In this document: piece after piece, positions 35,490 to 47,329 of the stretch
How the letters are laid out: each line of letters starts with the position of its first letter
Numbering within the stretch: the stretch's first letter is position 1
Assembly: GCA_001949185.1 (NCBI GenBank)
Contig: BDGG01000001.1
Coordinates: 4,701,624 to 4,765,623, forward strand
Reading direction: 5' to 3'
Source of the DNA: Ramazzottius varieornatus
Lineage: Eukaryota; Animalia; Tardigrada
DNA: 64,000 bases
Position numbers and translations under genes: made by a program
The notes under the pieces: generated by a model
Databases searched by the model: none
Seen by the model: the letters and a program-made list of their open reading frames with translations, nothing else
Told to the model about the DNA's origin: nothing

Positions 35490-36019
35490 CACCTTGAGCA
35501 CTGCGCGATTTCGTGCTTTCAGAATACGATGCGGGAAAGTCACTTTGGCCTTGTTTTAACTGGTTAAAGCTTGGGGGCGGTGCCAAATTAGACCAATCAC
35601 AACTTCATCGACTGGCCAGAATTTTGGAATATGATGTAGAGTACGCCACCTGCCAACTCAAAACGGCCAGGCTTCAAAGTTTTTTTAATGACCACTGGGT
35701 AGATCTTTCCACAAATCTGAAACTGTCGCAAGATACTAAAATGTTTGGGCTCGCGCAAAAATTATTTTGATGACTCTGGACTGACTGAGAGCCTGGCTGG
35801 AAAATAATTTGCTGGCAACGGCGAAATTCCGTTAAGAAAGGAAAAAATTCCACACAGGTTTGCAGAGCCAGTGTCCAGTAGCCGCTAGGTTTAGTTTCAA
35901 GAAGGGTTGATTGTCCAGGCAAACGGGAAAAAACGGGGAGCAAAAGGTAAACTGGAAACTCGCTACAAACAAATAAGTGTGCGCCGGGAAGGTGAGTTTC
36001 CCGCCCCGTGCTTAAGGTG
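35490..36019. mobile_element. 530-bp piggyBac-like non-autonomous element
   Basis: TTAA TSD (35486-89, 36020-23); TIR CACCTTGAGCAC ... GTGCTTAAGGTG; the paralogous empty site with a single TTAA is at 16662-65. Confidence 0.88.
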
Positions 36020-36056
36020 TTAAAACGGGAAATTGCCAAATTCGAGGAAGAAAGTA

Positions 36057-36283
36057 CAGGAGGAGTAAGCATGTGTGACCCAGTAGTCTCAGACGGCGCA
36101 TCCATAGAAAAGCATGAGACACTCGTAATTAAAACAAAGCCTATGACGTAACGAATTACAGTGTTGTCTATCTTACATAAGAAGTGTTTCTGTTAACGTA
36201 ATGCATACTTGATACATGTCATGCCGTCTGAGACTACTGGGTCACACATTTCCTCACTGGGTCACACATGCTTACTCCTCCTG
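36057..36283. mobile_element. 227-bp Tc1/mariner-type MITE
   Basis: TA|CAGGAGGAGTAAGCATGTGTGACCCAGT ... ACTGGGTCACACATGCTTACTCCTCCTG|TA, perfect 28-bp TIR; absent from the paralog. Confidence 0.9.
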
Positions 36284-37354
36284 TACGATGCATCATATGG
36301 TCCTTGATCAGCCCTCGTCGGCTTTACTACAGCTCTTTATGAAGCACTACTACTTACGAGATTTCGTCACGGTGGAGACCCGTTATACCATATGGAAGCG
36401 CTTCATGGACGAACAGAGACCGGCATCCAAAGTGGGGGGTACGCTGTAACTTCTCCCCTTCATATGCACCATCTAAGGCTACCGTTTTCGCAGTTCGACA
36501 TTTGAATACCGGTCACACTTACACCACGAACCCTCGGGACTATCTGGGAGGACCTTGGCCGATCAGTTCGTCAATAGGCACCAAAGTCGAGCATCCCTTT
36601 GTCAACTGGCATCAACCAACCACTTGTGTTCCCGGCTATCACTACGAGCTTTCACCTTCACAGCAGAGGTGGGTTCCCAGCACAACACCGGTGACACTGT
36701 ACAGTCTGGATTGACATAAGCTCGTGATACCTGAACCTTCCTGTTCTTTTTCAGAATATACAACAATCGAATCTACAGGCACGACAACAGCGACAAGGCG
36801 ACAGCCCTTCACAAAATGCGCACATCGCATCATCCCTTCTCTTGGACATAGCAGGAATGAGCGTTTTTTGCGGCTTTCTCTGCTGGTAATCCGTTTCAGA
36901 ATGTATTCAACAGATCTGGGGTTCGTGAGAAGTTGCATTCCGATAACCCTAATCGCGTGGCCAACGACATATATGGGTAGACACAACTGTCAAGTTCCTC
37001 TGTGACATGAGCTCACGCTCGACATGACTCGACCTGAGCTCTTGCGGCTCCTTACAGTCCAGTTTCGCCCTGCTGTGTAGCCGTCCTCGTCATTCCAATC
37101 CGTCCATTCAAAGCTTGCCTACTGGACAATATCCCAAAATCTTTGTGTTTATGGTTTACATGGCAGATTGAAAAAGCTTTTTCGCAAGTATGATGTTGCA
37201 ATGGCAGCGAAAACTTCGGAAAAACTATCTAAATTTGAAGAAGAGAGAAAGCGATGCTGATCATTTACGAACGTTTACGAACATCATTTGCTTGATGCTA
37301 GTTTTGAGTGAGCGATTCCGAAAGAGTAAGCGACGTCTGTCGAACCGCAACAGT

Positions 37355-39237
37355 CTAGTAATATCCATCGACCGGAGGTCTGCTCTCACCCACAGGACTC
37401 ATTCCGAGCCGCTTCATGTCGACCGCTACCTCACACAGATAGTCGAGCGCCTCGCACCTGTCACAACAGCACGAAAGCGGGGAAAGATCACTCTGACAGC
37501 CAACACTAAAGTGTCAAGGTGGCTCGTCAACAACATGTTTGAAAAATAGCGAAACTTTCAGACCACCTGGCTATAGGAAACGCGCACTGTGTAAGTGGTC
37601 GGAGCCTAGCCATAAGAAGCAACCAGCGGCGGCGGCGGCGGCTAATCGGCAGACATGTGCCTCCTAACGCGAGGTGGTCTGAAAGTTTCGCTATACAGCA
37701 GACATCCATAGTAGACAGCAAACTCACATCGCCTTGGCTTGCTGCCACGTGTCACCCCAAATGTACAGTCCATGGCGCCGTACTAGCACCGCTGTAAAAA
37801 CGACGAAGTTCGATACACTGCAGTAAGATAAACTAGGCGAAAAAATGAGTGCGCGATAGTTTGGCAGCACTACTACAGCGGACATCGTTTCACCAAGTGG
37901 CGCATGCATTCGGGTAATAACGCTGAAAACGTGCGCCACTTGGGAAAAAATCTTATCCAGTTTCTCTGCCGAGCTCTCCAAAACTTTTAATGATCATAAG
38001 CACAAAGACTTTTCATACCGCAGGCATCCGGATAATCGAGCATGGCCCTCCTCATACGATCCTGCACACAGCGGTGATTGGGTCGAGAAACCGACAAGTT
38101 ACCACACGAGTAGCTTGCGTGATAGGTTACTGTGTACCTCGAGATTCCGTTCTTCTGTTGCGTTCTCAATGATGGGAAGAACCAGTTCCTCATCGTATCG
38201 ATGATACTTCCCTGTCGTGTCCTTCTTGATACCCTTGATCATCTCTAGATGACTGACACGAAACTCCCGTCCGGGATAGAGGAGTGTTGCCAGTAGGACT
38301 TGCTTCGAGTGGGAATGGATGACTGCTCCCGCATCTGGAAGTATTTCTCATGGATAGACAAAAATTCCAACTCTGATAGATGACACTTAGAAAATGAAGT
38401 GGACACTTACGTCGCATTTTGTACGCCAGCATGAAGAGAGGGGTACATTGGCTTTTCCGTAAGTTCTTGTGCGCAGCAGGAAGAAGGATATCGTTCCCAC
38501 AGAGGTCTTGTACAAAAATGTCTTCCGGCTGTAAATAACCCTAAGACTGCCAGGATATCTACTACAAGAGAAGAAATCTTTGTTTCACATACTTACACGA
38601 ATCTGTTCTTTTTGTACGGCGGATGGAGCGATGAAGATTTCTTGTCTGGAGAGCACAATTTTTCTGCTTGAGGAAGAGTTCGTGGTCCCAGTGGCGCAAA
38701 AGACGGAAACATCAATTAAAAAGACTTACTCGCTTTTTATGCTGACTCCGCCACCTGTCCCCTACAAAACATCGAAGCATAGTCTAATAGATATGATGTC
38801 CTGCACAAGAACGCGGCCAGGACCCGGAATAGAATCTGATAACAAACTTCCGTGTTCCGAAACATTTTCCAAAGCGGAACGGAGTGGCCCGTAGTTTTTA
38901 CTGCAGAACCGCTTGTCCCCCGTCAGAGGACTAGTGATTGTTTGAAACAAGAAATTTATCTTCCGAACTGCGATCTTCCTCCTGCAGCTTCGCTTGTGCC
39001 ATGTTCGTATTCAAGCCGGTCGCCATCAAAGTTACCCGACTGTCGGGTAACATGTTACAAGCACCGTGAGCACGGAAACCGAGGATACAGCACAGGAAAA
39101 TGATTCGTTATGCAGTTTACTGCTTGCGTACTCAGCTGACTTACAGTGCACCATCCCAACTTGTAGAACCGCCTGCACAGCTGTGTAATGAGAACCGTGG
39201 GATCCGTTTCCGCTGGCTGGTCATGAGCAGAAGACAT
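37355..39237 (-). CDS. APIP: Methylthioribulose-1-phosphate dehydratase (methionine salvage; APIP/MtnB), multi-exon
   Basis: [16 protein letters not shown]|[76 protein letters not shown]|CEALDYL. Confidence 0.93.
37549..37691. mobile_element. 143-bp MITE-like element in the last APIP intron (decayed paralog at ~23728-23842)
   Basis: TA|GCGAAACTTTCAGACCACCT ... AGGTGGTCTGAAAGTTTCGC|TA, perfect 20-bp inverted repeat. Confidence 0.7.
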
Positions 39238-40752
39238 CCTGGTTGAACTTAGATGCTAGTACGCCACAAAAGAAACGATTCACAGAATCACAGTTTTTAC
39301 ACTTCACTGTTTTACTTTGCTGAAAAATCAACAACATTCAATCAACACCGAGGACGGCCCGCAGTCTGAGCACGGCCTGGACTCTGCCACCAGCATGTGC
39401 ATTTATGACAGGTGGCAGCATAAAATGACTAGGTGCCAATAGAAAATGGAAACTTGGCAGGTCGTGGGGCCCGACTTAATACGTAAGCATGACACGATGT
39501 ACGAGAAGTCAGGTATTTTTCGCACTGCACTCTATTTTCGTACTCTCTATTTTCGGCTTCTCGCACTCATTGTACACGAAGTAAAAAGCAGTGTACTTCC
39601 ATCATTACTGCCAATCCCATAAACACCAAAAACAAAAAAAAGCTACGAATGTACGTACTGGAAAAGCTCTGACGATGCCGTGGATCGGCCAGGTTCGGGT
39701 CAAATCCGAGCTACTCCAGTTGGTCGGCAACGGCTTCTTCTACGTAGTAGTCATTCACTCTTCGCTTTTCCATCCTACTACACGTGCGGACAGAGCATAA
39801 AAAAACTTAAACTCTGGCAGAAAGAAAAGCTTCCAAAACACAGAAACAGCCCTGCCGAAGCACTAGAATCAAATTAGAGAACAAAACGCTCTTCTGTTGG
39901 GGGCGTGGCAGCAAAGCTCCATTTTCATTGGCATCAAGCTCCGCCCTTTGCACTTTTGGCCTTAACGGCTTGCCAAGTCTCCACATTCTAACAGCACCCA
40001 CACAAATGTTCTCCTGACACTGGGGACTGGGCGTTCTCTTTGCTCTTCATGGAGTATCCTAAAGACCCCGTACTTCCGGTTTAGAATCTCAAAACTTTCA
40101 GCCATTCGTTCTAGTTTCCTTATCGCACCAAATTGAACCAAATTGAGCCTTTGGTACAGTTTAATATTTCTAACAACCTGATGTCGTAAAACGATCATTG
40201 CGAGCGAAAGTACTTTGGACGCATTCTTGTATGCACATACCACGTCTCTTTTTTGCAGTATAGTTACTCGTGGATGATCTTCCAGCTCCATGGGGATGAG
40301 CGGCTCCCATTCTAGTGAGCAATCTTATCGATGGGTCGGTGGATGGCGACAACAGGTCGTCATGCACGCGCCGTCCATGGATGGTTCCCGAGCAACATTA
40401 GTCCTCCGGTGCAACAGATGCATTGCGTTACGGCAAATAATGCTAGTTTAGACTAGTTTGTAATACAGAGTGATCTGTCACGAAATTTCGATTATTTTTT
40501 TGTATACGTTTTATTCAACTACGTCAACCCAACTCTGTACTATATCCACACCTAACTTTCTGTACCTTTGTTCTGGATATCCTCGGAACGTATTCGCAGT
40601 CGAGCCTGAAACACGAGAATTACCTACTTGATGCGCTTGTTTTGTAATACAGAGTGATCTGTCACAAAATTTCGATTTTTTTTGGTAATATGTTTCATGA
40701 ACTACGTCAACCTAATTCTGTAGTACCGGTACTTAGCACCAGCACCGTCACT

Positions 40753-41122
40753 ATGCAAACCATACACAGCCTGCCCCGCATGAGGCTTTCGAAGACGTGG
40801 ATGCTCTGGTTCCTATGTGGAATTTTGGGACAGGTACCAGCCGCCCGAAGTTGGCAGTGCAATCTGTGCGATGGAGCAGCGGATAAATTTTGGACCGATC
40901 ACCGGCGGTGACTGTATTACGGGTAGTGGCTCTCTTGCTCAAAACGTTGAACGCATGACTTGCGAAAACAGTAAGGCCGTGCAAGAACTGATGCAACGCC
41001 CAGACTTAAGAAGCGCCCGTCATGGCTGCACTACCACTTAGACCCAAACGACAGATTCACAACGTAAAATATTGCAAGGAATTTTCACGAATTCCCTTTT
41101 GGAAGTCCAAAAGACAACTCTG
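40753..41122 (+). pseudogene. Pseudogenised exon 1 of a second copy of the multi-Ly6 gene
   Basis: Paralogous to 24379-24740; +1 frameshift (aaattttggacc vs aaatttggacc), TGG>TAG at ~41039, downstream domain exons absent. Confidence 0.88.
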
Positions 41123-41861
41123 TAAGCTCTGTTTGATCTACCGATGGGTGGTACTTTTAGCCTCCTGGCCAACCCATCCAACATTTTTTATGGATTCTTT
41201 TACAGCCATAGTTCTTAGTTCGCGAGGCGGGTCAACTTGACCGTTTTAGAAATTTAAGATCAGCTCTCGATCATCCTGCTACGGGGGAAGATCAACTGAT
41301 AGGATTTCTGATCCTCGGTATGTCCTCTGTATGTCCCACACAGTCGTACGCGTGAATCCGTCTCGGGTAGTGAGCACGCGGCAGACCAGCCGATCAACGG
41401 TCAGCTTCCATCATCAACGTCAAATTCTATTCATTCCATTCAATCTGGATGTTGGTCAAAGTGGCGAGACCACTGCTGCCACCGGGAAAGCAGGAAGAGA
41501 ATATGGCTCCGCAGCGTTGTTTGTCTTTGCAGTCTTTTACATTTTCTATCAGTAACGTGCTTGCTTCCTTTTTCCACTCCTAATTTCCACATTCTCCAGT
41601 GCCTCCATGTGCATGATCCTAAAGAACGCAATACACACGTTTCCAGAGCAAACGTACATCTCGGGAATAAAGTGCCCCCACACTGACATTTTTTTACACT
41701 GTACGATCGGAGGTTGACCGCAGAGTATTGATCGTTTGATTGATCGTGGCCTGTAGTTTTGAGTTAATCAAGACCGGTTGTGGGTTATTTTCATCTCTCA
41801 GATTTTCTCCCCAAACTTCTTTCATCCACGTGGGCTAGAGATTATTGTCGAATACACAACA

Positions 41862-42898
41862 ATGTATTCTCGATCTGGCTCAGACGCCAGAAGTATAGAG
41901 TGGTTGGACGATGACTCTGGGACGTCTTCCTTGTTCGACTCGTCAGGATCACAAACGAGCCGGCACTCGCAGATGCCCGCCATGGCCACCAAGGTGCTGA
42001 TCAACCACCTTCCGCCGTTCTGCCGGGAGCGTGATGTTGGCTTCCTCTTCCATACGTAGGCGCGTCACGGACTCGAGAGCTGCCGAGTGGTGATTGACCA
42101 TGACACGGGTAAGCTCCAAAAGAAGCAGGAAGTTAATCAAGCAATCAAAAGTCAGACCATTAGACTCTTGATCGGTTGATCGGGTTTAATCAGACAAAGA
42201 ATACGTTCAGCGTTTGCTGATCCAAGCAGGAAGTTGGTCTGACAGAGTTGCTCGAATTTGCAGGAGAGTCCAGGAGATACGGTTTCGTGGACGTTGAAGA
42301 TGCTGAGGATGCTAAGACGTCGTTCGAAATGATTTCCGGTCTAAGCGTTATGGACTCGGTTTTGCAGGTATATGTACAGTCCATCGAAACTTCTTGTTTC
42401 ATTCATTCTTTTTATCGCTGGTTTTCAGGTCTTTTAACACCTTTGAGTACTCGTGGCCTCTGCATTTATTTGCAACTGCAAATCATGTTTGCAGGTCTCG
42501 TATGCGCATCCTTCGTTCAAAGCTAAAACCTTGTACGTCCGAGACTTTCCCGGTTATTGGAAAGAGAATGGGCTGGCCTTGTTCTTCCGGAAGTTCGGTC
42601 CGATTGTCACCACCAAAGTGCCGTATGACCCGATGACCGGTAAGGAAAACCCGCTGATACTTCCGCAACTTGAGAACGTTACATCCACCATGTGATCCGC
42701 TTTACAGGGGATAGCCGGAAGCTGGGGTTTGTCGGCTTCCAGTGCAGGCAGGACGCCGAAAAGGCATTAGCAGCCACCCACATGCGTGTCCCGTTCCCGC
42801 GCGAACTCGGGATGGGCTTGGCTCAAATGCCTCTGGTTGTCCAGCTCGCAAGAAGCAGCATGGCGGACCAGGGATACAAAAAGAATGTCTCATCCTGA
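41862..42898 (+). CDS. ELAV/Sex-lethal-like two-RRM RNA-binding protein with an in-frame TAG at 42057-59 (possible pseudogene)
   Basis: TKVLINHLP..LFHT*ARHGLESCRVVIDHDTG|ESRRYGFVD..LQ|VSYAHPSFKAKTLYVRDFP..FRKFGPIV..YDPMTG|DSRKLGFVGF; three frame-keeping introns. Confidence 0.75.
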
Positions 42899-43286
42899 AG
42901 CCACAGAAGTTTGGTGGAAGTAGCAGTCCACCTATTTGACATTGTACGGTTAGACAGGCTTTGGTAGTTTTGGTTCGTTGGTATTTACTTTGGTTCTTAC
43001 TCAGCTCAGTTTTTAGCATTTTACTTGACTGTTACCATTGACATTTCTTGACAGTGCGCGTTTTTCAGTTCACGTTGAGCTTGGTTAGCTGTTACGGTAG
43101 TCTGTACGTCCTCTCATGTCTTCAGTTCAATTATAACATAAACTCACAGGCGTGATCATGATTATGATTTTTAGTACAGTATTATTCGCTCACATCAATG
43201 AACCAAAAACTTCCTTGTTCGAGCACGTTAGCGGTCATGGCGACCATCAGGTAGTCGCTGTAACCGAGGCTGGAGCAGCCATCCTG

Positions 43287-43993
43287 TCATTTACTCTTGA
43301 CATCCAGGGTGATCAAGGCTTTGTGAGTCTGACCCATGGTCAGCGTTATCTCCAAGTCTTCAGTAGAGAAAACCAGCGGGTTCACGTCCCTGGAAGAGGT
43401 CGCAAGAAAATTGTTAGTACTCACTACGCAAACGTGAAAACAATATCCAGCTGAGGAAGTTGGCCAAGGCGCAAAAACATTTACTTGTAGAATTCTTTGC
43501 GGCGAAACCACGATTCGGTGCCTTTGTACATTTCGTTGAAAGTCTGTGGACTGATCAGGTTGGCATATTGGTCCTCCATGGTTCCTATGGCAAGCCAGTT
43601 CGCATGGAAGTCAAAGCTGTATGGCGCACTCCACATCAGTACGATCCTCTTCCCCAATCCATCAAGCTTCCACGACACTACGCCGCACGACCCTGAAATC
43701 AAAGCCCAGTTTCGACCAGAGGTTAGCCCATCGAACAGCAAGATAGAGCGGAACGTACCGGTTGCAGTATGGTCGGTCTTGTGCATGGACATGACTTCCC
43801 GGGTACCTGCTTGGATATCCCCCGCTTGCAGCTGGATCTTGCCGGCATCAACGAAAGTGATGGGTTGAACCATAGGGTACTTCGTATGGTTGCGAACTTC
43901 CAGGACGACTCCAACACGGTGAGTGATACTGTCCAGTATTTCTTGCGAGTTCTTGCCGCTCAGGGTCGTACCTGCACTCAAAGATGAAGCCAT
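43287..43993 (-). CDS. Actinoporin-like protein (sea-anemone cytolysin fold; conoporin/tereporin-like), 3 exons
   Basis: LEVRNHTKYPM, HKTDHTATG|SCGVVSW, LMWSAPYSFDFHANWLAIG, FNEMY, last exon DLEITLTMGQTHKALITLDVK*. Confidence 0.85.
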
Positions 43994-44533
43994 CTTTGTG
44001 CTGAGAGCTCTTTCAAGTCGGACCCAAGAAAACTACCGCTCTCCGGTTTACCGCAACTTTTTAGGAACGAAATATTACTGACAAACTTTCTGATTAAACC
44101 AGCCTGCGAAAAGGCGATCGAGGTTCGCGCAGGCACTTTGTAGCTCACATCCAGACCCTTATTCTTGTCAGCATACATAAAGTTGGCCGGGAGTCAACGT
44201 GACTGATGGCGCTTGTAAAAAGAGCCGCTTTGATAGGTAAACAGAAAAACCATGCATGCAAGTGCGATTAACGCTCTCTGCCGGAAATAGTCATGACCAA
44301 CCAAGTGATCCATCATGAAAGACAATTAAAGCCATGCAGCGAGACGCAAAATCTGCCGTTTCAGCATGCTTGGAAAACTTCAGTTTTACGACACTCAAAA
44401 AGCGGACCGCGCACCGAGCAAGCATGTCGTGACAGTCAGAAGGGCGGAAAGGGACGAAGAGACAGGACATCAAACCTGGGATCACACTCAACGAGCAAAA
44501 GAACAACAAAGGGAAGCGCAAATACACTGATAA

Positions 44534-47329
44534 TCAGGAGCTATCATCGCTTTGCGACACATTTCGTGACGAACCCTGATCGGAGCTACCAGACTGACCA
44601 GCCTGCGCTTTAGCCTTCTCACGGATGTACTGCACTGGCTTGTGTCCGAGGATAGCGTCCTTGTCGATCTGGATCTTCTTGATCGTCGAGCCGGGAGATT
44701 CAAACATGGCGTCGAGAAGCACGCTCTCAAGGATCGATCTCAAGCCACGAGCACCTGTCCTCCTGGCTAAAGCCTTCTCAGCGACTGCCACGATCGCGTC
44801 TTGAGAAAACTCAAGCTCCACCTATAATGGAAAACGCAACACATCACAGCGACATGTCGTCTAAACGTGGGCAAATGAATTGACAGATTATCATGTCAAG
44901 CGACGCACGTCTTCCTTATCACTGGCTGGAAGAGTGCGCCACCTGAAAAACGATCTGGTTCAAGTCATTTGCTCACGTCCCGTTACAGTGCACTACCTTG
45001 TCCATTTCGAAGAGCTTCTTGTACTGCGGTATCACAGCGTTCTTTGGTTCCGTCAATATTTGGACAAGCTGCAAAAAAATGTCAGTCACCAAATGAGGGT
45101 AGGAAAATATTGAACAGCGAATATCCTACCATGTCCAAAGAGAGGTTGTGGAAAGGAACGACGATCGGAAGGCGACCGATGAATTCAGGGATCATGCCAA
45201 AGTCCACCAGATCAGCAGACTCTACGCTTTCCACCAAGTTATCCTTCACCTTGTTCTCCGCTGCTGCCAACGCGGCTTGCTTGCTGTGATAGCTCGGGAA
45301 ATTCACTGACGGAATGGTCTGCGACAACTCTGGTGCAGCGAGTTGTTTCAGGGATATACGCTCCGAGCCCTTGAAGTTTCCCGGCGTCCGACTGAAGAAG
45401 CCCAGATTCTATAATTTCCAATAAAATGAATTTATTTAGACGTTCAAAAAGTTCAAGAATTTATAGCTGGAATATACCTTTTCGGTACTCCTCTTCGCAA
45501 CAATGCGGTCCAGTCCAGTGAAGGCACCCGATGCAATGAACAGAATATTCGTCGTATCAACGGGTACCGGAAGTTTCCTCCCATTGGACGAATACTGCAC
45601 GTTCACGGTTGTTCCTTCGAGTAACTTGAGTAGACCCTAAAATCACAAGACCAAAATATAAAAGAGACGGAAAAAATAGATCACGAAGATCTGTTTACTC
45701 ACCTGTTGAACTCCTTCGCCGCCAACATCTCGAATTTGCTGGTTGGAAATAGCCGCGCTAATCTTATCGACCTCATCCAAGAAAACGATGCCTTGTTCAG
45801 CGTGCTGCACATCCCCGTCAGCATTGACCAGTAGCTTCCCGATTATGGACTCGATATCTTCACCCACGTAGCCTGCTTGTGTCAGCGTCGTGCAATCACA
45901 GATGGCGATGGGCACATCGAGACACTTTGCGATGGTCTGTGCGAGAAGGGTCTTTCCGGAGCCTGTCGGGCCTAACATGAGTATGTTGGATTTTTCCAAT
46001 CGAATGTCCTCCTCTTCCTCGTTCTCTTCCAGCTGCAGGGAACCATAAGTTCTCCCGCCGCCGGAAGAACCCACGTGGCCGTGTGGCGAGCTGTCGATCT
46101 GCTGCCCTAAAGGACCCATTGCGCCGAAGTGACCGGCATTGGGGAAACCTGTAATGTATCGACGGCTCACAATAAGTTACCGACAGATTCCACTGATGTT
46201 TCAACAACGGTACTAAAACGATTATAAGGCTTGCTGTGGAACTTAAACAGTACCGAGTAGAGATATGCCATTTGAATCGGGTGGTCCGCCAAATTGACCG
46301 CCGAAGCCTCTCGACTGTCGCGATCTTTCTTTCTCGGGTATGCTTTTCGACAGTCTTTTATAGTGGTTGTAGACAGCAACGGACAGGACCTTCTTGGCCC
46401 GATTTTGACCAACGACATGCTTGTTCAAGAACTCGTAAATCTGAGAAGGAAACCCACTTTGATAAGCTGAAAGAGCCTATATAGTGAGGTACAGGGTCTA
46501 CATACCAGTTTGGGCGGCGGAGGAACCTTCCGGTGCTGCCGAGATGGACGCGAGGCCTCAAAAGGCGAAGGGCCAGTTGCTTCTGATTTGTTGAGCAGGA
46601 GGAAAAGATGGTGACAGGTTTTGCAGCTAGCGAATTTCGGTGAAGCTAAACCGCAAAAGAGCAGATTCGAAGATGAACCGCATGTAGAAAATAACCGAAA
46701 CGTTGTTGGTGGAAAAGTGGTTGTGTACAAAGAATGGAAAGGCGGTGAATCTTTGAAAATTTTAAATGGACCAACGAGTTCAAAGCTTTTTGTTCACTTA
46801 CCAACTGAAGTGTCGATAAGAGTACAGTTGCTGCCACAGCGCGGACATTTCCAGGTGGTGTCCTTACTCCCTCCGCCGCGACTGCCACTTCCGCTCCTGC
46901 CATTATGGTTACTCGGCCGCTGTTCTCCCGATCCCATACCGCTCATGGAAGCGTCATTTCCCCCCTTCGAATGAACGTCGCTACCTTCATCTCTTGAGCT
47001 ATCTCCCCCAGATGATCCTCTCATCTCCACCGCAGAAACTGTTCGAAAAGCAACAGGTGGCGCCACGACTGACTGTCGTAGCGGATGGTGCAAAACTGCA
47101 GAGCCTAAAGTCACAACGCTGATAACCGACTTTTCCAGCTAACTCAGAATGACTAGATTGGAATACTCATTCTCACACCATCAAAGCTCTGTTTCACGGA
47201 GGTAAAATTTCTGGTCGAAGGTCTCGTTTTCTCTGATAGAACAGGGTCGAGTAACATAGTCCATTTTCCGAAGAATCGCGGAGCCCAAATAGCCGGTGTC
47301 CGTCGCATACATTGACGGACCGGTAGCAT
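44534..47329 (-). CDS. CLPX: Mitochondrial ATP-dependent Clp protease ATP-binding subunit ClpX
   Basis: Arg-rich presequence [20 protein letters not shown]; C4 zinc finger (CPRCG..CKTC); [21 protein letters not shown]; Walker A GPTGSGKT; FLDEVDKI; [10 protein letters not shown]; [11 protein letters not shown]. Confidence 0.96.

Larger units (their letters stand above)
34824..37033 (+). pseudogene. Duplicate ATAT1-like copy disabled by a mutated exon-3 donor, two MITE insertions and loss of the exon-4 acceptor
   Basis: Near-identical to 16001-17474 outside the insertions; cgg|gtaagt became cggttaaac; ~70 bp including the acceptor and the HEKV codons are missing. Confidence 0.88.

Noticed and set aside
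39383-39420. Short inverted repeat TGCCACC..GGTGGCA upstream of APIP
   Set aside because: Single short occurrence with no independent support.
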